From an uncultured delta proteobacterium (GTDB lineage: Bacteria; Myxococcota_A; UBA9160; SZUA-336), in contig CAVPHD010000002.1 of the NCBI GenBank assembly GCA_963704165.1, positions 32,001 to 96,000 on the forward strand: a DNA stretch of 64,000 nt. The letters run 5' to 3'. Both the position numbers and the translations under genes were made by a program. Positions within the stretch are counted from its first letter, which is position 1; every line of letters starts with the position of its first letter. Below the pieces are notes generated by a model. The model had not been told where the DNA came from and searched no databases. It saw only the letters and a program-made list of their open reading frames with translations. Positions 29,163 through 38,923 of the stretch are shown here, piece by piece.

Positions 29163-29990
29163 ATGGCGAAGATTTCCTGGGTGTCGTCGCTCTCACTTCT
29201 CGTTCTCGTATTGCCAACCGCCGCTGTCGCCGGGCCGGATCATGTCGATCTGTTCCAGTACGACGCAACAACTTCGACTGTGCTGCCGAACGGTCCGCGC
29301 GCGCGAATGACGCTTCTACCAAGGTCCGGACATTTCGTGCTCCATGCGCGCGGGCTGCCTCGCGGGATGGAGTTCACGCTGATTCAATACGTCAATCCGT
29401 GGCCCGAACGTGGCATGGAGTGCCTCGGATCCGCATCTGCAACGACTCGAGGAGACCTTCGCATTCGAGGCTGGTTCGGATCCGCGTCGAGGACGGACGC
29501 ACTGGACGAAACCGCTGCGTCAAACGAGCCCGCGCTGTGGCTCGTTCCGTCTTCCGACGTGGATTGTGAACTCGGGAGATCGGAGGCGTGTATCCAGGGG
29601 GAATGTACTCCCTGGCGCGCGTGGAATCCGGAATTGTCGCTGACGAGTTTCATCGGAGTCGATCCCGGACCGTCCGACCGTCTCACAGAACGGTCGTTTG
29701 GATTTTCACGGAGGCCGGCCGGAATCAATCTGGAACTTCTCCGGAGATACATCGATTTCCTGAAACCAGAGACCGACGACGACGGTGAGTGCCTGGCCGA
29801 TGTCGTCATCCACAGCAAGTGTATGGCGCTGGTGCAAGTGATGAACATCCAGGCAGCCATGTGTGCCACGCAGTGCAAAGTTGTCGCATCGGCGGGCACT
29901 GGCGGGGATGGATCGGCGTGCATCGGAAGCTGCGCACAACCGCAAGATCCGAATCTGGTCTGCGGAGATGCGCCGGATTGCCAGCCGTAG
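29163..29990 (+). CDS. Hypothetical secreted Cys-rich protein
   Basis: GAGG RBS, signal peptide ending AAVA, Cys-rich C-terminus; atypical codon use. Confidence 0.65.
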   Translation: MAKISWVSSLSLLVLVLPTAAVAGPDHVDLFQYDATTSTVLPNGPRARMTLLPRSGHFVLHARGLPRGMEFTLIQYVNPWPERGMECLGSASATTRGDLRIRGWFGSASRTDALDETAASNEPALWLVPSSDVDCELGRSEACIQGECTPWRAWNPELSLTSFIGVDPGPSDRLTERSFGFSRRPAGINLELLRRYIDFLKPETDDDGECLADVVIHSKCMALVQVMNIQAAMCATQCKVVASAGTGGDGSACIGSCAQPQDPNLVCGDAPDCQP

Positions 29991-30019
29991 CGTCGACCTC
30001 TCCCGGGATCGCAGCAGGT

Positions 30020-30250
30020 GTGATCGCAGGCACGACTGGTGTCGCGCGGCTCGCGAGTCAGAGCGAGCCGAGGATCGCGGCGATGATCTCGGGCTGCTCG
30101 ATCGCGGCGATCACGCCCATGCGACCTCGGCAGGACGGACACTCGAGCACGTCGCGTGCGAAGTCGCGCTGCATGAGCGCGGACCACGAGAGCCGGCGCG
30201 CCCGCTGCGGCGCGGGTACGGGCGAGTCGGCGGTGGGGACGAACGGTTCG
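30020..30250 (-). mobile_element. IS91/ISCR-like (Y2) transposase C-terminal remnant
   Basis: RRLSWSALMQRDFARDVLECPSCRGRMGVIAAIEQPEIIAAILGSL*L matches the W..L..R.F..D...CP.C.GRM.IIA.I..P..I..IL..LGL tail of these transposases; in-frame TGA at 30058-30060. Confidence 0.7.
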
Positions 30251-30398
30251 GCATCACGCGCTCCACAGGCGTGCGAGGAGTTCCTCGATCGGATCGATGA
30301 GCGAGCTGACGTGCGCGCGGTCGCGTCGTTCGGGTTGTCTGCGCGGTCGCTCCACGTTCCGCGATCGCAACGTGTTTGGGCTGGGGCCCGTAGGTCGC

Positions 30399-31022
30399 TC
30401 AGAAGGTGGCGCCGCGCTTCTCGCACTCTTCGCGGAAGCCCGCGAGGTAGTCGGCGCGAGCCTTCGCGGTGGGCTGCGTAGTCTGCCACGCGACGACGTC
30501 GCGAATGTCGCGAAGCCCGATCGAGCCGAGCACGAACCGCAGATAGGGCAGCTGGAAGTCTCCGTAGTCACCCGGCGGTGTCGAGGAGCGGGTCAGCAGC
30601 AGCTGAACCGGCCGATTCCGCAACAGACCCACGTGCATCATCTTCTCGAAGTCGTACCCGAACGTGAGGATGGGCTGCACGATGATGTCGAGGTAGTGCT
30701 TGAGCGCCCACGGCACCGAGTAGTTCCACATCGGGCTCGACAGGACGATCTTGTCACTCGCATCGAAGCGCGTGATCTGCGCCTTGACTGCATCCCAGAC
30801 TTCGACCTGCGCCGCGTTCACCTCTTCCCGGAAGATCGGCGCGAACTTGGCGTGCGCCGCGTCGGTGGCGAAGCGCGGCAGGTCGGCATCGAAGACGTTC
30901 AGGGTCTCGATCGTGTCGTCGGGGTTCGCTTTCCGGTAGGTGTCGAGGAACCACGAGGCCAGCTGCGACGAGCTGGAGCGGTTGCCTCGGGGGCTGGCCT
31001 CGATGTGGAGGATCTTGCTCAT
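30399..31022 (-). CDS. azoR: FMN-dependent NADH-azoreductase family protein
   Basis: KILHIEASPRG..SSS, PMWNYSVPWALKHYLD..QP..TF, DFQLPYLR. Confidence 0.82.
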   Translation of the reverse strand: MSKILHIEASPRGNRSSSSQLASWFLDTYRKANPDDTIETLNVFDADLPRFATDAAHAKFAPIFREEVNAAQVEVWDAVKAQITRFDASDKIVLSSPMWNYSVPWALKHYLDIIVQPILTFGYDFEKMMHVGLLRNRPVQLLLTRSSTPPGDYGDFQLPYLRFVLGSIGLRDIRDVVAWQTTQPTAKARADYLAGFREECEKRGATF

Positions 31023-31056
31023 CGCTGGATGTCCTTCGGGCTCGGGTGGTCGTCTC

Positions 31057-31878
31057 TCAGATGTTCGCGAGACAGAAGTCGTGCACCAGCTTCGAGAATG
31101 TCTCGGTCTCGAAGAGCATCAGCTGGTGTCCGGCCCCCGGGACGATCTCGATCTGCACCGGCCCCCCGATGCTCTTGGCCACCGCCTCGATCAGGGCGGG
31201 CGTCGCATGCGGGTCCTTCTCGCCCGACGCGTAGAGCACCGGCTTCCGGTTCTCGCTCGGGGGCTGCGGCGGGTCGTACTGGAACAACGAGGCCCAGGAA
31301 GCCAGGTCGTAGCTCCAGGTGTTGTAGGGGTCGAGCTTCTTCTGCTCTTGCGCGCCGGCATAGCCGTAGTCGACGTCGAAGTTGAAGAACGTGCCGATGT
31401 CGAGCCGCGCGCCGCGGCCGAGCTGCTCGAGCACCTTGGCGACATCCGGGCTTCGCCAAGCGGCCCCGGCTCCCGCAACCAGCGGGCTCCCCGGCACCGC
31501 GAGTGACCCCATGCAGATGGCACCGGTCACGGCGGGCGAGTCGATCGCAGAGATCGCCGCAGCGACGCCGAGGCTCGAGCCGAGCGTGAAGACCGGCAAG
31601 CCCGTCCGCGCCCTCACGTGCGCGGCCCAGTCGCGGCTCGCCTGCGCCCACGCGTCCATCGTCCAGGTTCCGCGGGGCCTGTTCGTGGTCGAGCGACCGT
31701 GGCCGGGCGCGTCGTAGCACCAGATATCGACGCCCTTGGCCGAGTGGTGCTCGCAGAACACATCGTAGATGCCGGCGTGGCCACCGAGTCCGTGCGAGAT
31801 GACGAGTGCGTACTTCGCGTCGGGTCCCTGGAATCGGAAGGCGTGGAGCTCGTTCAAGACGTGGGCTTCGGTCCGCAT
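31057..31878 (-). CDS. Alpha/beta hydrolase (lysophospholipase-like)
   Basis: HGLGGH, DAPGHGRS, GSSLG nucleophile elbow, GEKD, AGHQ; GGAGG RBS. Confidence 0.88.
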   Translation of the reverse strand: MRTEAHVLNELHAFRFQGPDAKYALVISHGLGGHAGIYDVFCEHHSAKGVDIWCYDAPGHGRSTTNRPRGTWTMDAWAQASRDWAAHVRARTGLPVFTLGSSLGVAAAISAIDSPAVTGAICMGSLAVPGSPLVAGAGAAWRSPDVAKVLEQLGRGARLDIGTFFNFDVDYGYAGAQEQKKLDPYNTWSYDLASWASLFQYDPPQPPSENRKPVLYASGEKDPHATPALIEAVAKSIGGPVQIEIVPGAGHQLMLFETETFSKLVHDFCLANI

Positions 31879-31880
31879 TT

Positions 31881-32540
31881 CTACCTCCCAGTCTTGGCTC
31901 GGAAGGCGACGTCCATCTCTTCCAGCGTCTCTGCACAGATCGGGTGCTGCTTGATCCGTGCGTTGTAGTCGGCCAGCTTCGAGGGCATCGGCTTGTCGAG
32001 CTTCAGTACCGGGATCGCGAACCGCTCGACGAAGAAGAGTGCACCGACCAGCGCGCAGTCGGCGAGGCTCAGCGCATCGCCGATCGCGAACTCGGAGCCC
32101 GCGAGGCCCGACCGATTGCGGTAGGTGTCGACCCACTCGAGCCCGGTCGAGACCTCGGTGGCGAGCATCTTCACGAGCTCGCGGTTGCTGCTGCCGAGAT
32201 GCGGCAGCGTCTTGAACATCGGCGAGCAAACGTAGAGGTCGTTCAGCCGCACGAGCAGCCTGACCTGTGCGCGGGCGACCGGGTCGGCCGGCAGCAGGGA
32301 GGGCTCGGGATGGAGCTCCTCCAGCAGCTCACAGATCGTTGCCGACTCAGTGATGACTCGGTCGCCGATCTGCAGCGCGGGGATCTTTCCGGTCGGATTG
32401 ATCTGCTTGTACTCGTCCGAGCCCGTGCCGCCCGGCGGCAACACCAGATTGACGGTCTTCTCGATCCCCTTTGCGCGTATCTGGATTCGGATGCGGGCGG
32501 CGTAGGGGGAGATATCGGCCTGGTAGAGCGTCATGTCCAT
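31881..32540 (-). CDS. Glutathione S-transferase family protein
   Basis: SPYAARIR, INPTGKIPAL, ESATICE, LSLADC. Confidence 0.9.
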   Translation of the reverse strand: MDMTLYQADISPYAARIRIQIRAKGIEKTVNLVLPPGGTGSDEYKQINPTGKIPALQIGDRVITESATICELLEELHPEPSLLPADPVARAQVRLLVRLNDLYVCSPMFKTLPHLGSSNRELVKMLATEVSTGLEWVDTYRNRSGLAGSEFAIGDALSLADCALVGALFFVERFAIPVLKLDKPMPSKLADYNARIKQHPICAETLEEMDVAFRAKTGR

Positions 32541-32566
32541 GTGCTCGTCCTCGTCGATCTCCGCGG

Positions 32567-33745
32567 TCAGACCAGCAGGTTCTGCATGGGCTGACCGAGC
32601 AGAATTCGCCCGTAGTCGGCGTATCTCGATTCGCGGTCGAAGATGACGTGGTTGGACCCTGCCGTGACGTCGCGGAGGGCCCGCTGGATCGGATTGTCGA
32701 GACGGCTCCCGCTGGCGCCTGTGACGGAGCAGATGTCCTGCACGGCCTCACGACACATGAAGACCGCGTGGCCCATGCGCGTCAGCCAGGTGCTTCGCGT
32801 CTCGATGGACGCGCCATTTCGCTGCGCCATCACGTCGGCGAGCACGCTGCGGAAGAGGAGCTCGGCCGCTTCGATCGAGAGCGCCGCACGCGCGACGACG
32901 GAAGGCTTGCCCTGGAGCCGGTCCATGCCGCCGGGCGGGGCCTGGCCCGCCGCCAACTTGGCCTTCGTCTGCGACTGGTACTCCTCGAGCGCCATCTGGG
33001 CTGCGCCGAGCATGGGCAGTCCGGCGGCGAACCCCAGGATGGGCAGGAGTGGAGTGCGATAGAGGGAGCCGGTGTGGAGCCGACTGGCCTCGCCCGTCGC
33101 GTTCATCAGCTCGAGCATCGACACGGCTCGCGTCTCCGGTACGAAGACGTCGTCGATCTTGATGTCCCACGATCCGGTGCCGCAGCACCCTGCGACGTAC
33201 CAGTCGTCGATGGCGTCGACGTCTTCGCGAGGCAGGGCAAAGAAGAGGGGAACAGGCGGCGCGTCCCCGTCCTGGACCAGCGCACCGGCCATTACCCAAT
33301 CGGCGTGGACGATGCCGGTGCCCCACTGCCACAGACCGTTCACTCGATAGCCCCCGTCCACCTTCGTGGCCGTGCCGCCCGCTACGTTCAACGTGGCCGG
33401 GGCGAGGACGTAGTTCCGGTCCGAGAAGAGCTCGTTCTGGAAGCTTTCCGGGTAGCCACAGAACCAGAAGGCGTGCTCGATGTAGAAGCCGATGAGCCAG
33501 CCCAGCGACGCGTCGGCTCGCGAGAGCGTGAGCGCGACCTCGAAGAACGTGTCGATGTCGGCCTCGTGGCCGCCATGGCGCTTCGGGGTCATGAGCGAGA
33601 ACAGGCCGCTCTCGCGAACGGCGTCGATGACCTCGTCCAGGGGGCGTCGGGCGAGTTCTGCGTCGCGCGCTCTGGCGCGCAGCAGTGGGACGAGCTTCTT
33701 GGCGGCTTCGATCAGCGCTGCAGGTTCCATCGGTGAATGCGTCAT
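32567..33745 (-). CDS. Flavin-dependent monooxygenase oxygenase subunit, acyl-CoA dehydrogenase fold (HsaA-like)
   Basis: PKRHGG, DASLGW, GYRVNGLWQWGTGIVHADW, DDWYVAGCCGTGS, NPIQRALRD..H. Confidence 0.85.
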   Translation of the reverse strand: MTHSPMEPAALIEAAKKLVPLLRARARDAELARRPLDEVIDAVRESGLFSLMTPKRHGGHEADIDTFFEVALTLSRADASLGWLIGFYIEHAFWFCGYPESFQNELFSDRNYVLAPATLNVAGGTATKVDGGYRVNGLWQWGTGIVHADWVMAGALVQDGDAPPVPLFFALPREDVDAIDDWYVAGCCGTGSWDIKIDDVFVPETRAVSMLELMNATGEASRLHTGSLYRTPLLPILGFAAGLPMLGAAQMALEEYQSQTKAKLAAGQAPPGGMDRLQGKPSVVARAALSIEAAELLFRSVLADVMAQRNGASIETRSTWLTRMGHAVFMCREAVQDICSVTGASGSRLDNPIQRALRDVTAGSNHVIFDRESRYADYGRILLGQPMQNLLV

Positions 33746-33776
33746 TTCGTTCTCCGTTGTTTGTCGACGGCGCGTG

Positions 33777-34946
33777 TCAGTACGCGCGCTCGAGGATCTC
33801 GATGATCTGTTCCGGCGATTCGATCGGCCTCGGGTTCGCTCTCACCCAGGCGTTCGGCATGGCACCCGAGGCGATCGCGTCGAAGTGGTGCTTCTCGACG
33901 CCGACGTCGCGGAGTCGGGTCGGAAGGCCCAATCGCTCGACCAACTCTCGCACGGTATCGCCAGCGGCGGAGCCGGGTGATCCGAGCGCATCGGCGATCC
34001 TCTGCTGGGCCTCGGACGTGCGGGTCGCGTTGAAGTCGAGAATCTGCGGCAGCATCACGCAGCTCGTGTAGCCGTGAGGCACGCCCGCGACCGCGCCCAG
34101 CTGATGGCCGATCCCATGGCTCGCGCCGTAGGGCACACGGTTCAGCCCGGCGCAGGCCATCCACACGCCCATCTGGCTGTCGAGGCGTGCCTCGAGATCG
34201 TCCGGCTTCTCGCGGGTAAAGGGCAGCGAGCGGCTCAGCAGGCGAAGGGCCTCGAGCGCGCCGGCATCCGCAATCGGCTCCGGCGCGGTGGAGCAGAGCG
34301 TCTCGACCGCGTGATCGATCGCGCGAACACCCGTCGATAGCCAGAGGGGCATTGGCGTCGCGAGCGTGATCGCGGGGTCGAGGATGACGGCCGCGGGCCC
34401 GATCTCCTTGCCAGAGAAGAGCTGCTTCGTCTGCGTCTCCGGGTCGACGCATCCGCTGAGATCGCTGAACTCCGCACCCGACAAGGTCGTGGGCGCGGCG
34501 ATCTGTCGGAGCGGGGGTGATGCGACGCCGGGCGTGTGCCGCGAACTGTCGTCGCGGACGGAGACCGCGAAGCGAGCCAACTCCTCCGGCTCGTGTACGC
34601 CCTCCGCGAGGCAGAGCAGCGCCATCTTCACCGTGTCGATCGGCGTTCCGCCGCCGATCGTCACGACCAAGTCCGCGTTCCGATCGCGGAGGAAGCCGGC
34701 AAGCTCGAGGACGCTGTCGCGGGGGACGTGTTCGCGCGTCTCGTCGAAGAGGCCTGCGACACACGGACCGAGCGCCGCCCCCAGGGAGTCGACGATGGGC
34801 GTTTCGCGAGACAGCGTCTTCGAGGCGACGATCACGACGCGCTCGGCGCCGCGCTCGGACACCTCGGCCTGCACGGCTTTGGCGAGCGCGAGTCCGAGAT
34901 GGACGCGCTCGAGGCGGAGGTTCTCGAAGCTGCGGGAACGGATCAC
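33777..34946 (-). CDS. Iron-containing alcohol dehydrogenase / maleylacetate reductase-like protein
   Basis: GGGTPID, PTTLSGAE, ILDP, AIDHAVE, HGIGHQLG..VPHG; GTGA overlap with marR. Confidence 0.88.
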   Translation of the reverse strand: MIRSRSFENLRLERVHLGLALAKAVQAEVSERGAERVVIVASKTLSRETPIVDSLGAALGPCVAGLFDETREHVPRDSVLELAGFLRDRNADLVVTIGGGTPIDTVKMALLCLAEGVHEPEELARFAVSVRDDSSRHTPGVASPPLRQIAAPTTLSGAEFSDLSGCVDPETQTKQLFSGKEIGPAAVILDPAITLATPMPLWLSTGVRAIDHAVETLCSTAPEPIADAGALEALRLLSRSLPFTREKPDDLEARLDSQMGVWMACAGLNRVPYGASHGIGHQLGAVAGVPHGYTSCVMLPQILDFNATRTSEAQQRIADALGSPGSAAGDTVRELVERLGLPTRLRDVGVEKHHFDAIASGAMPNAWVRANPRPIESPEQIIEILERAY

Positions 34947-35425
34947 GGGCGTCTCGTCGAATCCCGGGGGGCGACGCTCTCGATCTCGGGGAGGGCGCCC
35001 CAGCTCTCCTTGAGCGCACTGCGGAGCGCGTCGATCCGCCTCTTGCCCAGGCGCTCCTCGAGCTCGCGCTCCATCCCTCGAATGATCTCGATCGCGTCCC
35101 TTCCGATGGCCGCACCGGACCGCGGGAAGCTCAGAACCTTCCGGCGCCCGTCGGTGGGATCGATCTCGAGGACGATCAGTCCGCGCTCGATCATCGACGT
35201 CGTCGCCTGATTGATCGCCTGGCGTGAGACGCCGAGTGCGCGTGCGATGTCGACGGGACTCGTCACTCCCTGGTCGACGAAGAACATGATCTCGGATTCC
35301 GTGCGCGAGAGCGGTTGCCACCCACGAGCGGCGAGGTTCTCTTGCAGGCAGCGATCCATCCAGCTGAACCCCTGAAGCAGGCCCCACATCAGGTCGGTCC
35401 GTCCCGATCCTTCGGTCTTCGGCAT
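34943..35425 (-). CDS. MarR family regulator
   Basis: IARALGVSRQAINQ...RGLI..DPTDGRRK winged HTH. Confidence 0.88.
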   Translation of the reverse strand: MPKTEGSGRTDLMWGLLQGFSWMDRCLQENLAARGWQPLSRTESEIMFFVDQGVTSPVDIARALGVSRQAINQATTSMIERGLIVLEIDPTDGRRKVLSFPRSGAAIGRDAIEIIRGMERELEERLGKRRIDALRSALKESWGALPEIESVAPRDSTRRP

Positions 35426-35456
35426 CGGCAGCAGCTTGCCCGCACCCCGTTGGTCT

Positions 35457-35487
35457 GTCAAGTATATTGACTGTCAATCCAGTAGAC
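35457..35487. promoter_or_regulatory. Tandem GTCAA-N5-TTGAC operator, probably for the adjacent MarR
   Basis: GTCAAgtataTTGAC (35457-35471) and GTCAAtccagTAGAC (35473-35487) in the short divergent intergenic gap. Confidence 0.65.
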
Positions 35488-35503
35488 ATTACGCTCCCCC
35501 CAG

Positions 35504-37099
35504 ATGGCGAATTCGCGGAGCGGTGACGAGCGCGGCCACGGGACTGGCTTCGAGTGGCGGGTCCCCGAGGCGTTCAACTTCTCGGCGGACGTCGTGGATC
35601 GCTGGGCGGAGGATCCGGACCGCCTCGCGCTCATCGCGGTGAATGCCGACGGCCGCGAAGAGCGCTTCACCTATGCCGAGATCGCAAGACGCGCGGCGCA
35701 GCTTGCGAGCCTCCTCGGGGAGCTCGGCATCGAAAAGGGCGATCGCGTCATCGTCATGCTGCCACGCATCCCCGAGTGGCAGATCACGATGGTCGCGACG
35801 ACGCGCATGGGCGCCGTTCCGATCCCCTGCATCACGATGCTGACGACGTCGGACCTCGCCTACCGTGTTCGGCACGCGGGCGCGAAGGGCGTGGTCACGA
35901 CCGCCGCTGAGGCAGGGAAGTTCGAGGGGCTCTCGGGGCTCACGGCGCGAGTCTGTGTCGGCGACGCTTCTGACGGTTGGACTTCGTTCTCGGAGGCGGC
36001 GGATCGGTCCGACGCGTTCGCGCCCGCCCAGGTGCTCGCCGAAGACCCCGCGATCCTCTACTACACGTCTGGCTCGACGGGGCCGCCCAAGGGTGTGACC
36101 CACGCCGCTCGCGCACTCTGGGCGTGGTCGAGTTCGGCAGAGCATTGGCTCGGCCTCGGGTCGGACGACCGCATCTGGTGCACGGCGGACACGGGCTGGT
36201 CGAAGGCGGGGACGAGCATCCTCTTCGGGCCTTGGAGCCGCGGCGCCTCGGTGCTCTTCTATGACGGACCGTTCGAGCCGAAGACGCGCTTCGAGCTGCT
36301 CGAGCGGTACGAGGTGACCTGCTTCTGTGCGGCCGCTACGGAGCTCCGACGGCTGATCCGCGAGGACGCTTCGGGCTTCGATCTGACACGGCTCAAATCG
36401 ACGGTCTCGGCCGGCGAGTCCGTGAACCCGGAGATCATCGACCGCTGGCGTGAGATCTCGGGGACCACCGTGCTCGACGGCTACGGCCAGACCGAGACCC
36501 TGATGACGGTGACGAACCGACCCGGGCGTCCGGTGAAGCCGGGCTCGATGGGGCGGCCGCTCCCGGGCGTGGCGATCGCCGTACGGACCACCGGCGGGAA
36601 GCTCGCGGTCGAGGGCAGGGGCGAACTCCTGATCGGGCTCCCGAATCCCCAGCTCATGCTCGGCTACCGCGACGACGCGGAACGCACGGAGCTGGCCCGA
36701 GTGGCCCTCGCGGGCGCGGAGTGGTTCGCGACGGGAGACAACGTCGTGATCGACGCTGACGGCTACGTCTTCTTCACGGGCCGTACGGACGACATCATCA
36801 ACTCGTCCGGCTATCGGATCGGGCCGCAAGAGGTCGAGAACGCCCTGTCTCGACATCCGGCGGTCCAGGAGTGCGCCGTGGTCGGCGTGGCCGATGCGGA
36901 CCGCGGCGAGATCGTGAAGGCGTGGGTCGTCCTCAACGACGGCTACGACGAAGGTCCGGACCTGGTCGCAGCCCTGCAGGATCACACGAAGGAAGCGACG
37001 GCCCCTTACAAGTACCCCCGAGCCATCGAGTTCTCACGCGGTCTTCCCAAGACGGTCACGGGGAAGATCCGCCGCAACGTGCTCCGGGCGCGTGGCTGA
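35504..37099 (+). CDS. Acyl-CoA synthetase (medium-chain/ACSM-like)
   Basis: YYTSGSTGPPKG, ADTGWSK, DGYGQTE, KPGSMG, GRTDD, APYKYPR, LPKTVTGKIRR. Confidence 0.92.
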   Translation: MANSRSGDERGHGTGFEWRVPEAFNFSADVVDRWAEDPDRLALIAVNADGREERFTYAEIARRAAQLASLLGELGIEKGDRVIVMLPRIPEWQITMVATTRMGAVPIPCITMLTTSDLAYRVRHAGAKGVVTTAAEAGKFEGLSGLTARVCVGDASDGWTSFSEAADRSDAFAPAQVLAEDPAILYYTSGSTGPPKGVTHAARALWAWSSSAEHWLGLGSDDRIWCTADTGWSKAGTSILFGPWSRGASVLFYDGPFEPKTRFELLERYEVTCFCAAATELRRLIREDASGFDLTRLKSTVSAGESVNPEIIDRWREISGTTVLDGYGQTETLMTVTNRPGRPVKPGSMGRPLPGVAIAVRTTGGKLAVEGRGELLIGLPNPQLMLGYRDDAERTELARVALAGAEWFATGDNVVIDADGYVFFTGRTDDIINSSGYRIGPQEVENALSRHPAVQECAVVGVADADRGEIVKAWVVLNDGYDEGPDLVAALQDHTKEATAPYKYPRAIEFSRGLPKTVTGKIRRNVLRARG

Positions 37100-37134
37100 G
37101 ATCCTCACAACTGATCAACAAGGAGAAGCGAATC

Positions 37135-37842
37135 ATGTCCGTCAGCAATCCCATTCACCCCAACGGCATTCATCACTTGGCGATCTGCACCGCGGACATC
37201 AAGGCGCAGATCGAGTTCTTCAACGACGTCCTCGGCATGGAACTCGTCGGGCTCTACTGGATGCACGGCGTCGAAGGTACGTGGCACGCATTCGTGAAGC
37301 TGCACGACACCTCGTATCTGGCCTTCGTGCAGTCCCCCGAGGTCGCCAAGATCGAGCGTACGCTGGGGGTCACGCACGCCGGGAACGCCGCGAATCCCAT
37401 CGCGGGAGGTCTCATGCAGCACCTCGCCTTCAACGTCGACACCGAGGAGGAGATGCTCGCGCTTCGCGACCGGATCCGTTCGCGCGGAATAGCCGTCATC
37501 GGGCCGATCAACCACGGCCTCTGCAAGTCGATCTACTTCGCGGGGCTCGAGGATCTCACGCTCGAGGTCGCGACGTCGGCGAAGGCCATCGACGGACGGG
37601 CCTGGACCGATCCCGAGGTTGTCGCGCTCGCGGGGATCTCGCCGGACGAGCTCGAGCGGTACCGTAACCCGGTCCCGTACAAGTCGCAGGGTCGACCGGT
37701 TCCCCAGCCGGCGTACGATCCCGACAAGCCTCATATGAGCGGCTATCCGGAGGGGCTGTACAAGGAGATGATCGCGACGCCGGACGAGGTCATTGCGGAA
37801 CAAGCCAACTGGTCCGATCCGCCGGTGAAGGTCGTAGATTGA
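37135..37842 (+). CDS. VOC/glyoxalase family protein
   Basis: AAGGAG RBS; GIHHLA, FFNDVLG, MQHLAF, SIYF..LE metal-ligand pattern. Confidence 0.85.
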   Translation: MSVSNPIHPNGIHHLAICTADIKAQIEFFNDVLGMELVGLYWMHGVEGTWHAFVKLHDTSYLAFVQSPEVAKIERTLGVTHAGNAANPIAGGLMQHLAFNVDTEEEMLALRDRIRSRGIAVIGPINHGLCKSIYFAGLEDLTLEVATSAKAIDGRAWTDPEVVALAGISPDELERYRNPVPYKSQGRPVPQPAYDPDKPHMSGYPEGLYKEMIATPDEVIAEQANWSDPPVKVVD

Positions 37843-38122
37843 GCCGATGACGGTCTCGATCGGTCTGTAGGGAAGGGTCTCCCCGTTGCGGGCGGGCCGA
37901 GCGGGATCGGACTCGGCATCGCTCGCCGTCGCGGATGACGCCGAAGTGTGTGCACTGGCCGACGACTTCCGCCGGCTCGACGTGCGGGTCGCGAGCGTGG
38001 GCACGGTCGCGTACGGCGGCGTCGACCGCGGGAGCTCGGAAGGGGCGAGGCTTCGCCGCTAGCGGCTGTACTCGTCGGACCGTTCGGGCCGACGGGTTGC
38101 TGAATCCTGGAGCAGGGATTCG

Positions 38123-38199
<77 letters not shown>

Positions 38200-38383
38200 C
38201 CGAGTGGGCCGGAGGATCGCCCGGAGTCGGGGCGCTGTCAATTCGCGCGCGGAATTCGAGCACTGCGCCAAGGAGTTGATGCAGGCGCTTGCCCCATCAG
38301 CGATGTGCAGGTCGACACGTCTTCGTGCGCGGGTGCCACTTTTCGTCAAGGCTCATCTCCCGGGGCCTCGAGGAGGGATGGTT

Positions 38384-38914
38384 ATGACGCGTCGGAACTG
38401 GATCGCGATGGTGATCCTCGCGCTGGCGGCCGCCGCGCCGCAGCCTGCGGCCGCGGACTACTGGCGCTACGAGACCGAGACCGGCGGGGTCGCGTTCACC
38501 GACGACCCGAAGGGTATTCCGGCGAAGTACCAGGCGAGCGCGCGTGCGGTCGCCGAGGCGAGCCTCTTCGACTACGACCGCCTCTCGGTTGTCGAGCCCG
38601 TCGCGCGCCCGATTCCAGCGCCGACGCACGATCGTGTCACACGCGGGGACTCGGCCGTCCCGGTCTTCGCATGGCCGGTGACGGAGGCGACGGAGCCCGC
38701 GCGATCGGCGCATTCGGGCTCGCGCGTGCGCGTCAACGTCGGTGGCATGCAGATCGACGTGGATGGCGCCGAGGACGAGGACGAGCCGCTCTACGTCGAC
38801 CGTTCGCAGTACGTCGACCTCGACGGCGATTACATCGAGCACAACGGGATCATGTCTCCGACCACGATCATCCGCCGCGGCGACAAGCCGATCGCCTACA
38901 TCGACGAGCGCTGA
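38384..38914 (+). CDS. Exported DUF4124-like protein
   Basis: AGGAGG RBS; signal peptide, then ADYWRYETETGGVAFTDDP.IP.KY. Confidence 0.7.
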   Translation: MTRRNWIAMVILALAAAAPQPAAADYWRYETETGGVAFTDDPKGIPAKYQASARAVAEASLFDYDRLSVVEPVARPIPAPTHDRVTRGDSAVPVFAWPVTEATEPARSAHSGSRVRVNVGGMQIDVDGAEDEDEPLYVDRSQYVDLDGDYIEHNGIMSPTTIIRRGDKPIAYIDER

Positions 38915-38923
38915 GCCGCGCGA

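Noticed and set aside
38102..38121. Intrinsic terminator after tRNA-Met (GAATCC/GGATTC stem)
   Set aside because: Only a 6-bp stem with no U-tract
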